A stretch of DNA of 64,000 nucleotides from Minisyncoccia bacterium (lineage in GTDB: Bacteria; Patescibacteriota; Minisyncoccia; UBA6257; 2-01-FULL-56-20): contig JBEKRC010000003.1 of assembly GCA_049997875.1 (NCBI GenBank), positions 115,687 to 179,686 of the forward strand, in the 5' to 3' direction. The position numbers and the translations under genes were made by a program. Below are positions 19,088-28,922 of the stretch, one piece after another. The notes under the pieces are model-generated. The model worked only from the letters and a program-made list of their open reading frames with translations, was not told the DNA's origin and searched no databases. Each line of letters opens with the position of its first letter. Position 1 is the first letter of the stretch.

Positions 19088-19633
19088 ATGAAGCTTTTAA
19101 TCCTTTATGGGCCTCCGGCAACGGGAAAATTGACGGTGGCGAAAGAATTGTCGGCGCTGACCGGCTATCCCCTTTTCCACAATCATCTCGTTGCCGATCT
19201 TGCATCATCCATCTTCCCTCTTGGCACCAAAGAATATGCCGCATTGTCGGAAGCAGTCCGCCTTTCAACCATCAGGGCGGCGGCGAGAAGTAGCGTACCG
19301 GGAATGATTGTCACGTTCGCCTACGGCGTTGAGACCCTCGGCGGCAAAGACGATGATGCCCTTCTTAAAAGAATGAGCCGTATCGTTAAGAGCGCGGGCG
19401 GAAAAACTTATTTCGTAAAATTTTCCGCTTCTGATGCGGCGCTCCGAAAACGCATCACGGCCACCGCAAGGAAAACATTCAAAAAGTTGAGAAGTTACAG
19501 GGCCCTACAAAAGCTGCGAGTCAGATACCGCATGGACGCGTCCGTACCGTTCGCGAAAAGCATTGTGATCAACACCACAAGCATTACCCCGAAGTCAGCG
19601 GCCCGGATGATTATGAGGGCAGTTCGGTTGTAA
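19088..19633 (+). CDS. P-loop ATPase/kinase-like protein
   Basis: GPPATGKLTVAKEL Walker A. Confidence 0.7.
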   Translation: MKLLILYGPPATGKLTVAKELSALTGYPLFHNHLVADLASSIFPLGTKEYAALSEAVRLSTIRAAARSSVPGMIVTFAYGVETLGGKDDDALLKRMSRIVKSAGGKTYFVKFSASDAALRKRITATARKTFKKLRSYRALQKLRVRYRMDASVPFAKSIVINTTSITPKSAARMIMRAVRL

Positions 19634-19652
19634 GGCCTCGCTATACAGACAT

Positions 19653-20153
19653 ATGTCGAGTGCCGGAGAAAAACCCAAGAGCAAAGCGGTCGGTTGCTTC
19701 CTTGAACACGAGGGCCAGTTTTTGATATTGCAGCGGCGCCCCGAAGAACATCAAGGCGGAAAGTGGGGCTTGCCGGCCGGCGGGGTTGAGCAAGGAGAAA
19801 CCGAAAAAGAGGCCGTCATCCGGGAGGTGCGCGAGGAAACGGGATTTTTAATTCCGCCGGCGAAACTGGAATTCCTGCGGGAAATCGTATTTGAGTTTCC
19901 CGAAAAAATAACCGACTTTTTCGCCTATCGCGTAAATCTTGATTCAAAAATTGCTGTCGCGCTTGATTCACACCATCAGGCCTACGCGTGGGTTACCGGA
20001 AAGGAGTGTTATGCGCGGGATGATCTCATCAAAGGCGTTCACGGCACGCTGGAGAAAACGAGGTACGCGCCAAACGTCGCTCATCACCGAGATCGCAAAA
20101 AACATTCCAATTTCCCGCGGGATGAGATTAAAAAATCATTAAAGAACCTTTGA
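19653..20153 (+). CDS. NUDIX hydrolase
   Basis: GGVEQGETEKEAVIREVREETG Nudix box. Confidence 0.85.
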   Translation: MSSAGEKPKSKAVGCFLEHEGQFLILQRRPEEHQGGKWGLPAGGVEQGETEKEAVIREVREETGFLIPPAKLEFLREIVFEFPEKITDFFAYRVNLDSKIAVALDSHHQAYAWVTGKECYARDDLIKGVHGTLEKTRYAPNVAHHRDRKKHSNFPRDEIKKSLKNL

Positions 20154-20156
20154 CAA

Positions 20157-20450
20157 TTGGGGGCGCTCCCTTACGATGACATTATGACGATTGACCAAAT
20201 GGCGGCCGCGTGCCAACTTGAGTTCGCCGCGATACACGAGAAGATTGACAAGCTTGCCGCGGAATCTTCGTCCATCCGCGAGGAGATGAAGAAATATGCC
20301 ACCAAAGAGGACCTTGCGAAGGGGCTCCTCTCCGTGGAAACCACCCTCCTCCGCCGCTTTGACGATTTTGAAACGCGGATGTTTGACTGGATGCGCGGCA
20401 TTGATCGCCGCGTGACCGCATTGGAACTTCAATGCGGAAAACACGTGTAG
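20157..20450 (+). CDS. Small coiled-coil protein, possible paralog of the 8711 gene
   Basis: Shared upstream motif ATTAAAGAACCTTTGAC; YATKEDL in one versus MATKEEL in the other. Confidence 0.5.
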   Translation: MGALPYDDIMTIDQMAAACQLEFAAIHEKIDKLAAESSSIREEMKKYATKEDLAKGLLSVETTLLRRFDDFETRMFDWMRGIDRRVTALELQCGKHV

Positions 20451-20757
20451 GCTTATCGCGATCATCGGCGAAAACAATGAGCATGTAATTGAGTACGCTC
20501 TTGAGGGTTTTGGAGTACTTGCAGCAATCGGGAATACCCCACCGGAGACCGAACGGGGGCACAAGGACGGTTGAACGCGGCCGGATTTATTGACCGGCCA
20601 TTTCATGCCTGCGGAAAAGGAAGAGATACGAACCGGACACAGGCGGTGGCGCGTATCGCAAGGTGGCCGCCCCGTTACTGTCGGGCGATGACGCAATCGG
20701 CATTGTCCCATCCGCCTTGTTTTATGCACACCTCTGCGGGCCGTTTACAATGCTATA

Positions 20758-23700
20758 ATGTACTCAATGGATAAAAGGCATTTTGTTCTCATTGCCGCCG
20801 CTCTCGTAGTGCTAGGCTTCGTTTTGATTTCTCCTCGTTCTGCCTTGACTCAAAGTTCTCAAGGGGATGGCAGCATTTCTCTTTCCAACGTCGTGAGCGG
20901 CACTTATACGATCGTGGTCACGGGGCAGGACCCCTCCGGCAGCTCCGTCGGCACGACAACGCTAACGGTGACCGTGACCACGCCGCCCTCCTGCCCCACC
21001 TCAAGCAATACCGTCACCCTCACGCCTTCCACGATCACGGTCGGCGGGACGAGCATCGCCTCGGCTCCCGCGGGCTTCACGGGCGGCAGCTTCTCTTCTA
21101 ATAACTCCTCGATAGCCAGCTCCCTCCAGGTGAACCCCGCCCCCACGGCCCACATCGTCCTTGCCCCCGCAAGCTTTTCCTTCTCTGGCGTCTCGGGCGG
21201 GGCGACGCCCGCGGGCAAGACCATGGCTATAGAGAACACCGGCACGGCGACCCTGACCTCCTGGACGGCGACCATCGCATCCTCCACAAGCTGGTGCCAC
21301 GTGAGCCCGGCATCGGGGAACAACGTTGCGGCGGGCGGTTCCCAGAACGTCACGGTGTCGGTGGATGCGCCCACGAACACCGGCGCCTTCTCCTGCACTA
21401 TCACCGTCGCCGGCAATGCCGACAACAGCCCGCAGAATGCGACCTACACGGTGACGGCGCCCAGCATCTCTCTTTCCCCCCAAAGCTTCTCCTTCTCGGG
21501 CGTCTCGGGCGGGGCGACGCCTGCCGGCCAGACCATGGCCATTACGAACACCGGCACGGCGACCCTGAACTGGACGGCGTCAGGGGTGCCCGGCAAGACG
21601 GGCACCTGGTGCCACATAAGCGATGCCTCGGGCACCGTTCCGGTGGGCAAAAACTGGCAGGAGAGCGAGCTCGTCACGGTGACGGTGGACGCGCCAACGA
21701 ACATAGGGACCTTCACCGACTGCGGCATCCGCATCACCGACTCCCATGCCGACAACAGCCCGCAGGATGCCACGATCACCTACACGGTGACGGCACCCCT
21801 CCCTCCCTCCTGTCCCACCTCAAGCAACGCCGTCACCCTCACGCCTGCGACCATCACGGTCGGCGGGACGAGCATCGCCTCCGCTCCCACGAGCTGGACG
21901 GGCGGCAGCTTCCTTTCTAGTAGCTCCTCGATAGCCAGCGTTTCCGGCACCACCGTGACCGGCGTCGCCGCGGGCAGCGCCACAATCAGCGGATCGGGAT
22001 GGAAGGCCCCCAACGGGGCGACGGGCTGCAGCTTGAGCGGGGCCGCCCTCACGGTGACGGGGCAGCCCACGCTTGTCATCTCCCCGCCATCGACGTCCAC
22101 CACGGTGGGAGGCACGGCCTCGTTCACGGCCTACTATGATCCTGACGGTTCCGGGCCACAGCCACAGCAGAACGTGACGGCGAGCGCAAGTTGGTCCTCC
22201 TCTTCTTCCACGATCGCGAGCTCGCAGGGAAGCGGCCAGTTCAAGGGGGTGAAATCGGGCACGGCAACCGTGAAGGCTATCTACGGAGGCCTTACGGCGA
22301 CAGCCATCCTGAATGTCAATGCCGTGGGCACGCCGGACTTCTCCCTCACGGTTTCCCCCCCGAGCCAGTCCATCATGCAGGGCACAAACGGCACCTACAT
22401 CGTGACGGCGTCCAGCTCGGGTGGGTTCAGCGGTTCCATCAATCTTTCCGCCACCAATCTTCCGTCAGGCGTGACCGCGACATTCTCCCCCGCCAGCATC
22501 ACGCCGGGCAATTCCTCCAATCTCACCCTGACCGTGGGCAGCGGCGTGCTCCCGGGCGCGTATACCTTCTACGTCAAGGGCACGTCGGGGTCGCTGATCC
22601 ACAGCTACCCGGTGGGGCTCACGGTCACCGCCGCCCCCACAGCCCATATCGTCCTTGTCCCCACAAGCTTCTCCTTCTCGGGCGTCTCGGGCGGGGCGAC
22701 GCCTGCCGGCCAGACCATGGCCATCAAGAACACCGGCACGGCGACCCTGAACTGGACGGCGTCAACCATATATGGCTGGGACCAGTTGAACCCAACCTCG
22801 GGGAACGTTACGGCGGGCGGTTCAAAGAACGTCGCGGTGACGGTGAGCCCGCCTTCGAACGTCGGGATCTTCCCCGATACTATCACCGTCAGCGGCAATG
22901 CCGACAACAGCCCGCAGCAAGCCTCCGTGACGTACACAGTGACAAGTTCCTCGCCGCCCACCTCGCCCTCGCCCACTCTTTCCCTATCCATCGCTCCGGA
23001 GGAGATCGCGCTCGGCCAATCAGCGTCCCTCGTCTGGTCAACGGCGAATGCGACTGCCTGCACCGCCTCCGGCAACGACCCGACTGAATGGTCGGGGTCG
23101 CAAGCGATAGGACAGAACCAGCAGGCTGTCATGTCGCCTTCCCCAGTGGGGACCTATACCTACACCCTCACCTGCACCGGCCCTGGCGGGAGTACGGCGC
23201 AGTCGGCGACCCTCGTGGTAGACCCCGGTTACGTCGGCGGCCCCACGCCATTTGGTTGCACATGTACGGAAGTTTCAGACCTTAGCGAAGTCACCTGTCC
23301 TCCCAATTGTCCCTATCCGTCGCTCGCCGCCTGCCAAGCGGCATGTTCAGCCTCCAATCCTCCCGGTCCCTCCAATCGGCTTACTATCTCCCCCGCAAGT
23401 CTATATCTTTCTGTTGGCGGCCAGAGCGGCAAATTCACGTTGACGTACAATGGCATCGACGTAACTACCGCCGCCACCTGGACCGCCGGCCAACACACTA
23501 CGGTATCAAATGGTGTGGTAACGGCAGTCTCATACGCCGTGTGGGACCCTATCATGGCGAACTACCAAGGAAACTGGACGGAGGGTATTGTTTACATATA
23601 TCAGTCGCCATCCGGTCCGTCTGGGCCGTCCGGCCCGTCCGGGCCCACATGCCCGGGTGGAAATGGCTGCCCGCCTCCGCCCTCCTGCACCTTCACCGCC

Positions 23701-23988
23701 AGTCCTTCGGAGATCATCGCGCCGCAATCAGCAAACCTCATCTATAATTGCAGCCATGTGACCACCTGCAGCATCACGGGATCCGACGGTTCAACCTACC
23801 CTGTTTCGGTGAGTCCCTCCGACCGTGCGAACGGCACCCGGGCGATCGCGCCAAGCGCGGACACCTCCTACACCTTGAGTTGCTACGGCGAGGAGGGATC
23901 TCCGTACAGCAACGCGGCCTACGATTCGGTCACGACCATTCAAATCAAAGTCAACAACAATCCCCATCTGCACGAGGTCAATCCGTAA
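20758..23988 (+). CDS. Giant secreted surface protein (1076 aa) with repeated Ig-like (Big_2/BACON-like) domains and a PSGPSGPSGPSGP linker
   Basis: Signal peptide; repeated modules of about 100 aa; Cys-rich C-terminal domains. Confidence 0.8.
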   Translation: MYSMDKRHFVLIAAALVVLGFVLISPRSALTQSSQGDGSISLSNVVSGTYTIVVTGQDPSGSSVGTTTLTVTVTTPPSCPTSSNTVTLTPSTITVGGTSIASAPAGFTGGSFSSNNSSIASSLQVNPAPTAHIVLAPASFSFSGVSGGATPAGKTMAIENTGTATLTSWTATIASSTSWCHVSPASGNNVAAGGSQNVTVSVDAPTNTGAFSCTITVAGNADNSPQNATYTVTAPSISLSPQSFSFSGVSGGATPAGQTMAITNTGTATLNWTASGVPGKTGTWCHISDASGTVPVGKNWQESELVTVTVDAPTNIGTFTDCGIRITDSHADNSPQDATITYTVTAPLPPSCPTSSNAVTLTPATITVGGTSIASAPTSWTGGSFLSSSSSIASVSGTTVTGVAAGSATISGSGWKAPNGATGCSLSGAALTVTGQPTLVISPPSTSTTVGGTASFTAYYDPDGSGPQPQQNVTASASWSSSSSTIASSQGSGQFKGVKSGTATVKAIYGGLTATAILNVNAVGTPDFSLTVSPPSQSIMQGTNGTYIVTASSSGGFSGSINLSATNLPSGVTATFSPASITPGNSSNLTLTVGSGVLPGAYTFYVKGTSGSLIHSYPVGLTVTAAPTAHIVLVPTSFSFSGVSGGATPAGQTMAIKNTGTATLNWTASTIYGWDQLNPTSGNVTAGGSKNVAVTVSPPSNVGIFPDTITVSGNADNSPQQASVTYTVTSSSPPTSPSPTLSLSIAPEEIALGQSASLVWSTANATACTASGNDPTEWSGSQAIGQNQQAVMSPSPVGTYTYTLTCTGPGGSTAQSATLVVDPGYVGGPTPFGCTCTEVSDLSEVTCPPNCPYPSLAACQAACSASNPPGPSNRLTISPASLYLSVGGQSGKFTLTYNGIDVTTAATWTAGQHTTVSNGVVTAVSYAVWDPIMANYQGNWTEGIVYIYQSPSGPSGPSGPSGPTCPGGNGCPPPPSCTFTASPSEIIAPQSANLIYNCSHVTTCSITGSDGSTYPVSVSPSDRANGTRAIAPSADTSYTLSCYGEEGSPYSNAAYDSVTTIQIKVNNNPHLHEVNP

Positions 23989-23999
23989 ACGGTGCGTTA

Positions 24000-26879
24000 A
24001 TGGATTTTTGGAGGAAAAATCGGGGCCAGTCGCTTATTGAGGCCATCATCGCGGTTGCCGTCGGCGCGGCATTTTTCATCGCCGGCGCGGGGATCATCGC
24101 GCCCGCCCTCAAGACGAGCAAGCAAACGCGCGTCATCCAAACGCAGACGGAGCTCGCAAAGGAACTCTTGGACGACGCAAAAGTATGGGCCACGGCGAAC
24201 TGGAATAATCTCCTCGCGCTCGCCACTACCTCGGCAAATCAATATCATCTTCTGACCGTGCAATCGCCATACTCCCCGGCAACGGGCACCGAGACGGTGG
24301 CCATCGGAGCCCCCACGAACGGCCTCGTCGGCTGGTGGACATTTGACGAGGGAACGGGATCAACGACGTATGATTCCTCGGGGAACAATAATAATGGGAC
24401 GTGGTACGGGGCGGCATCGGGTACCTCCGGCTACTACTCCGCAGGCAAGGTGGGACCATGGGCGGGGTACTTCAATGGGAGCAATGACTATCTCCAAACA
24501 CCGAATCTTTCAGCTATTAATTCTAGTACCCAACCATTTTCCGTAGCAGCCTGGTTCAATGCCAGTGCTGCGGGTGTAATTGTCGATGAAACTGGTCAGA
24601 CGAGCATAAATACTGGCTGGCATGATAGTTGGATAGAACTTCTATCAAGCGGAAGTGTTGGAGTAAGAATATGGAACTGTACATCCACAACAGCTGGGAC
24701 CGCAAACCTTAATGTATGGAATCACGTAGTACTTACATATGATGGTAGCAATCTCCATGGCTACTTGAATGGAGTAGCAAATGGCTCTGTGGCGTGTGCC
24801 AGATCTAGCCCGGGAGCTAGCGGTCATGGGGAATATCTTAATTTAGGTGGAAACGATTCGACTAATCTTGGCAGCGGTGCTTGGTTCAGTGGAATAATAG
24901 ACGATGTCCACGTCTACAACCGTGCCCTCTCGGCGGCGGAGGTTCAGGCACTCTATAGCAGCTCCGCGACGGCTTACCAACGCTATTTCTATTTGAGCGA
25001 CGCGTATCGCACCGCGGCGGGGAACCTCACCACGACCGCGAGCGGAAATTATTATGATCCCTCCGCAAAGCTCGTGACCGCGGTCACGACCAACACAAGC
25101 ACCAATTCTCTCGCATACGCCACGACGACCATGAGCGAATATCTCACCCGCTATGCCAATAATATTTATGATCAAAGCGATTGGTCGGGCGGCTCCGGGC
25201 AAGACACTCCCGTCACGGTCGCGGGCAACACCTTCGCGACATCCACCAATATAGTCACCAATACCGCGGGGCAGCTCACGCTATCAACGGCACCTAGCGG
25301 CCTCGTCGGCTGGTGGACCTTTGACGAGGGGACCGGCACGACGGCGTACGATTTAAGCGGAAACGGGAACAACGGAACGTTTAGTTCACCCGCGCCCACT
25401 TGGACGACCGGGAAGGTAGGGAGCGGCGCTTTGAGTTTCAATGGTACGAGTAGTTATGTAAGCGTACCTTCGGGTCCCACGCTTACCTATAATCCGATTA
25501 CGTTCGCGGTATGGGTTAATGAACCAGCAAGCACACTCGGAACTTTTATGATCGGGAAATCGACGTACGGAGGATTTTTGCGGGATTACGGGAACGGTCA
25601 ATACGAATGGGATATATACTCAGGGAGCGAGCATAATATCTTTGCGACGATCCCGTCTTATAATCAATGGCATTTTGTTGTCGGCACCTACGACGGGAGC
25701 GTCCAAAAATTGTATGTTGACGGCACCCTCGCGACATCGACAAATTTATCCGTCACTCCCCAATCGACTACCGACTTCGGCATAGGCGCATGCATATTTT
25801 GCGGTCCTGGTCAATTTACACATGGGTTGCTCGACGACGCCCGCATTTATAACCGCGCCCTTTCGGCTACCGAGGTTCAGATGCTCTACAACGCGAGCGG
25901 TACGCTGGATTCGGCAACCTTTGGAGCGACCGCGGGAGACCAATTGAACTCGGTTACGTGGCTGGGAAGTACGAGCACAAGCAACGGGACGGTAAAATTC
26001 CAATTCGCGGTGAGCAATACGAGCGCCTCAAGCACGCTGCAGAGTTTTCTGGGGCCCGACGGGACCTCGCTCTCCTATTTCGGCGGGACGAACGGAGCCA
26101 CCGAGGGCACTCCCGTGAACCTCTGTTCCACTTCCACTTCCAACGGCTACTCCCTTTTCAGCGGCTACCCATACTTCCGGTATCGCATTACCCTCTTCTC
26201 AAACGCGTCAACCCCCCCCATGAGCGGCCTGGTCGGCTGGTGGACATTTGACGAGGGGACGAGCACGACAGCCTATGATTCCAGCGGGAATGGGAACAAT
26301 GGGAGCTGGTATGGGACGGCTGGGGGAACGAGTGGATACTACTCCGCGGGCAAGGTGGGACAGTGGGCGGGGCATTTCGACGGAACCGACAATTATATAC
26401 TCATGGCTAGTAGCAGCATACTTTCGAGTTTTTCTGTTGCGGCATGGATAAACCCCGCCTCTCTTACTAGTCGGTCTGAGATTCTTGGTTACGCCGACAT
26501 CTTTTTTAATATACAAAATGGAAAAATCTGTCAGTATGTCGCGGGAGTAAACTCAAGCTATTTGTGTGGAAATACATCAGTTCCTACTAGTAGTTGGTCG
26601 TTTGCTGTTGCGACATGGGACGGTAGCACCGAGAAAATATTTTATAATGGTTCACCGGATGGCTCAGTAGTTCTATCTGGGACTCCGGCCAGCTGGAATA
26701 CCCCCAATATTGGTGTTTGTGGCTCTGGATGTGGATTCTTAGGTTATTTCCCAGGCCTCATCGACGATGTCCGCATCTACAACCGCGCCCTCTCCCCTAC
26801 CGAGGTTCAGGCACTCTATAGCAGCTATGGCAGTGGCAGTCCGACGGTAAATCAGGTTATCATAAACTGGAGTCCGTGA
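24000..26879 (+). CDS. Giant type IV pilin-like protein with three LamG (concanavalin-like) domains
   Basis: N-terminus MDFWRKNRGQSLIEAIIAV is a prepilin signal. GLVGWWTFDEGTG...YDSSGNGNNG is repeated three times. Confidence 0.8.
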   Translation: MDFWRKNRGQSLIEAIIAVAVGAAFFIAGAGIIAPALKTSKQTRVIQTQTELAKELLDDAKVWATANWNNLLALATTSANQYHLLTVQSPYSPATGTETVAIGAPTNGLVGWWTFDEGTGSTTYDSSGNNNNGTWYGAASGTSGYYSAGKVGPWAGYFNGSNDYLQTPNLSAINSSTQPFSVAAWFNASAAGVIVDETGQTSINTGWHDSWIELLSSGSVGVRIWNCTSTTAGTANLNVWNHVVLTYDGSNLHGYLNGVANGSVACARSSPGASGHGEYLNLGGNDSTNLGSGAWFSGIIDDVHVYNRALSAAEVQALYSSSATAYQRYFYLSDAYRTAAGNLTTTASGNYYDPSAKLVTAVTTNTSTNSLAYATTTMSEYLTRYANNIYDQSDWSGGSGQDTPVTVAGNTFATSTNIVTNTAGQLTLSTAPSGLVGWWTFDEGTGTTAYDLSGNGNNGTFSSPAPTWTTGKVGSGALSFNGTSSYVSVPSGPTLTYNPITFAVWVNEPASTLGTFMIGKSTYGGFLRDYGNGQYEWDIYSGSEHNIFATIPSYNQWHFVVGTYDGSVQKLYVDGTLATSTNLSVTPQSTTDFGIGACIFCGPGQFTHGLLDDARIYNRALSATEVQMLYNASGTLDSATFGATAGDQLNSVTWLGSTSTSNGTVKFQFAVSNTSASSTLQSFLGPDGTSLSYFGGTNGATEGTPVNLCSTSTSNGYSLFSGYPYFRYRITLFSNASTPPMSGLVGWWTFDEGTSTTAYDSSGNGNNGSWYGTAGGTSGYYSAGKVGQWAGHFDGTDNYILMASSSILSSFSVAAWINPASLTSRSEILGYADIFFNIQNGKICQYVAGVNSSYLCGNTSVPTSSWSFAVATWDGSTEKIFYNGSPDGSVVLSGTPASWNTPNIGVCGSGCGFLGYFPGLIDDVRIYNRALSPTEVQALYSSYGSGSPTVNQVIINWSP

Positions 26880-26881
26880 CC

Positions 26882-26953
26882 GCCCCCATAACTTAAAGGC
26901 TAAAGTAGCTGCCTCTTAAGCAGTAAATCCAGGTTCGAGTCCTGGTGGGGGCA
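26882..26953 (+). tRNA. tRNA-Lys (CTT)
   Basis: Acceptor GCCCCCA/TGGGGGC, anticodon loop CTCTTAA, T-arm CCAGGTTCGAGTCCTGG. Confidence 0.85.
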
Positions 26954-27077
26954 CAAAACACCTATCCACAGTCCTACCGCTCTGTCCAGGCGGCTCTGCG
27001 TGGTATAATTTCTGAAAAGGAAGGGATTAATCAAAGGCCGGAAAATAGCAGAAAATAAAAACTTAGCAATAAAAATT

Positions 27078-28892
27078 ATGAAAAAAACAATAGTTTTCGT
27101 GTCGGTGCTTGCCTTGTTCGGAAGCGGTCTTGGTCTTGCTGCCGCCCAGGCGGCGAGTTCTTCTACTCAGACACTCCTCACTGATGGCGTCAAGATTACC
27201 TTCCCCAGCGGAGGATATGAAATCTGGCTACGCAATTTAGGAGGAAATGCATCGCTACAGATGGTAGATGCCGTAACGGGGCAACCTGTGCCGTCTGGGG
27301 AGTGGGACATCAATCTTGTCAGGCCCGCTAACTACGTCCCTGTTCCGGCCCTGAATCAGTACCAGACCGCAGTGGACCTTATAGTAAGCTCTAATGATAA
27401 TAGCGGAAATTTCTCGCCTTTGGGATGGAATGCATCTCTTAGTGACAATGGCGTGGTCCCCGGACCATGGGTGGCGACCGGGATAGAGCCAATGGGGGTG
27501 AGCACTGGATCCGGCACTGCGTCCTGGCCTGCCGGCTACACGAGCGGAGAGCGGATCTCGGCAACTTCCAACGTCCTCTCGAACCCCATTCCCCCTGCCC
27601 CGTATCACGTGACCATCTCTCCCACGACCCTCAATTACTCTTTCATCCCCTCCAGCGGGCTGTCTGTCTCCATAACAGATCCGTCCGGCAACCGGCCGCC
27701 CGATGGTGTCTATGGGGTGTGGTTTGGACAGCCAGGCGGTACGGATGAATGGCAGATAGCGGTATCGAACGGTGAGGTACCGGTTTGGAACTGCTGGCGT
27801 TCTGATGGTACGGGGTTCATAACTTATCCGGCTGGGGAGTGGGCAACGGGCGACAACATGGCTTGTCAGGGCGGCGCCCCCAATTATGGCTGGGGAGCGC
27901 TTAGTCCGGGCACCTACCAAGTTGGTTTCGTAACGCTCCCGAGTAATTCGTCAACTACGGGAAACTGGCCGGGCGGAGCAACGGTGCCGGCAACCTCCAA
28001 TAGTTTTCAGGTAGCCGCGACCGCGGCCAGCTCCGGCGGCAGCGGCTCCGGCACTGGCGGCACCTCCTCGCCGACCTCGGGAGCGACGAAGCTTCAGCAG
28101 ACCATGGACACGCTCTCGCAAAAGCTCACCCAGCTCTCGCAAACCAACGCGGCGCTCTACACGCAAGCCCTGGCGATCCTAAACCAGCTCATAAGTCTCT
28201 TAGGGGGCACCGTCGTGTGCTCCGGCGGGAGCTGTGGCGGCCCCGTGTCAATCACCACGCCCCCCCCAAGCGCTTCGTTCAGCTACACCTGGAACACGGA
28301 CTTGCAGTACGGCATGTACGGCAATCCTGACGTAAGTGCGCTCCAGCAAGCGCTCACCCTACAGGGAGTATATAGCGGCCCCGTGAGCGGCAACTTCTTG
28401 AGCGCGACGGAGGACGCCGTGGTGCTCTTCCAGCAAAAGTATGGCATCTCGGGGACGGGATACGTTGGGGTGCTCACGCGCGCCAAGTTGAACGCGCTGT
28501 ACGGCGGCGGTCCATCAGCCACCACTCCCACTCCGCTTCCCATTTCCGAGCCCACCGGCAGCGCTAGCGTTGCGTCTCCGCTTTCCGTCTCTTGCTATGG
28601 CACCGCTTCTGTGAGTGGGACGAGTGCGGTGACGAATGTGGTATGGACGGCAACGGTAGCGGGCGGCACTCCGCCGTATACCTACTACTGGTTCAGGGGA
28701 ACGAGTGCGGACGGAACCATTCCACCGGGGACGTCTAACTACGCTACCAGCAACTTAGGCAATGGAGGGGGCGGCCACTCGGTCACGGCGAATTACGGCC
28801 CCTGGGCCACGTCCCAGACCGCGTATGTCCAGGTAAAAGACGCCTCTTCAAATCAAGCGACGTCAAGCTGCACGGTGGCCATGCCTCAATAG
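27078..28892 (+). CDS. Secreted protein with a peptidoglycan-binding (PG_binding_1) domain
   Basis: Signal peptide; VSALQQALTLQGVYSGPVSGNFLSATEDAVVLFQQKYG matches the PGB fold. Confidence 0.75.
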   Translation: MKKTIVFVSVLALFGSGLGLAAAQAASSSTQTLLTDGVKITFPSGGYEIWLRNLGGNASLQMVDAVTGQPVPSGEWDINLVRPANYVPVPALNQYQTAVDLIVSSNDNSGNFSPLGWNASLSDNGVVPGPWVATGIEPMGVSTGSGTASWPAGYTSGERISATSNVLSNPIPPAPYHVTISPTTLNYSFIPSSGLSVSITDPSGNRPPDGVYGVWFGQPGGTDEWQIAVSNGEVPVWNCWRSDGTGFITYPAGEWATGDNMACQGGAPNYGWGALSPGTYQVGFVTLPSNSSTTGNWPGGATVPATSNSFQVAATAASSGGSGSGTGGTSSPTSGATKLQQTMDTLSQKLTQLSQTNAALYTQALAILNQLISLLGGTVVCSGGSCGGPVSITTPPPSASFSYTWNTDLQYGMYGNPDVSALQQALTLQGVYSGPVSGNFLSATEDAVVLFQQKYGISGTGYVGVLTRAKLNALYGGGPSATTPTPLPISEPTGSASVASPLSVSCYGTASVSGTSAVTNVVWTATVAGGTPPYTYYWFRGTSADGTIPPGTSNYATSNLGNGGGGHSVTANYGPWATSQTAYVQVKDASSNQATSSCTVAMPQ

Positions 28893-28922
28893 AGGAAAGA
28901 GTGTGCTATACTATGGGCACGC

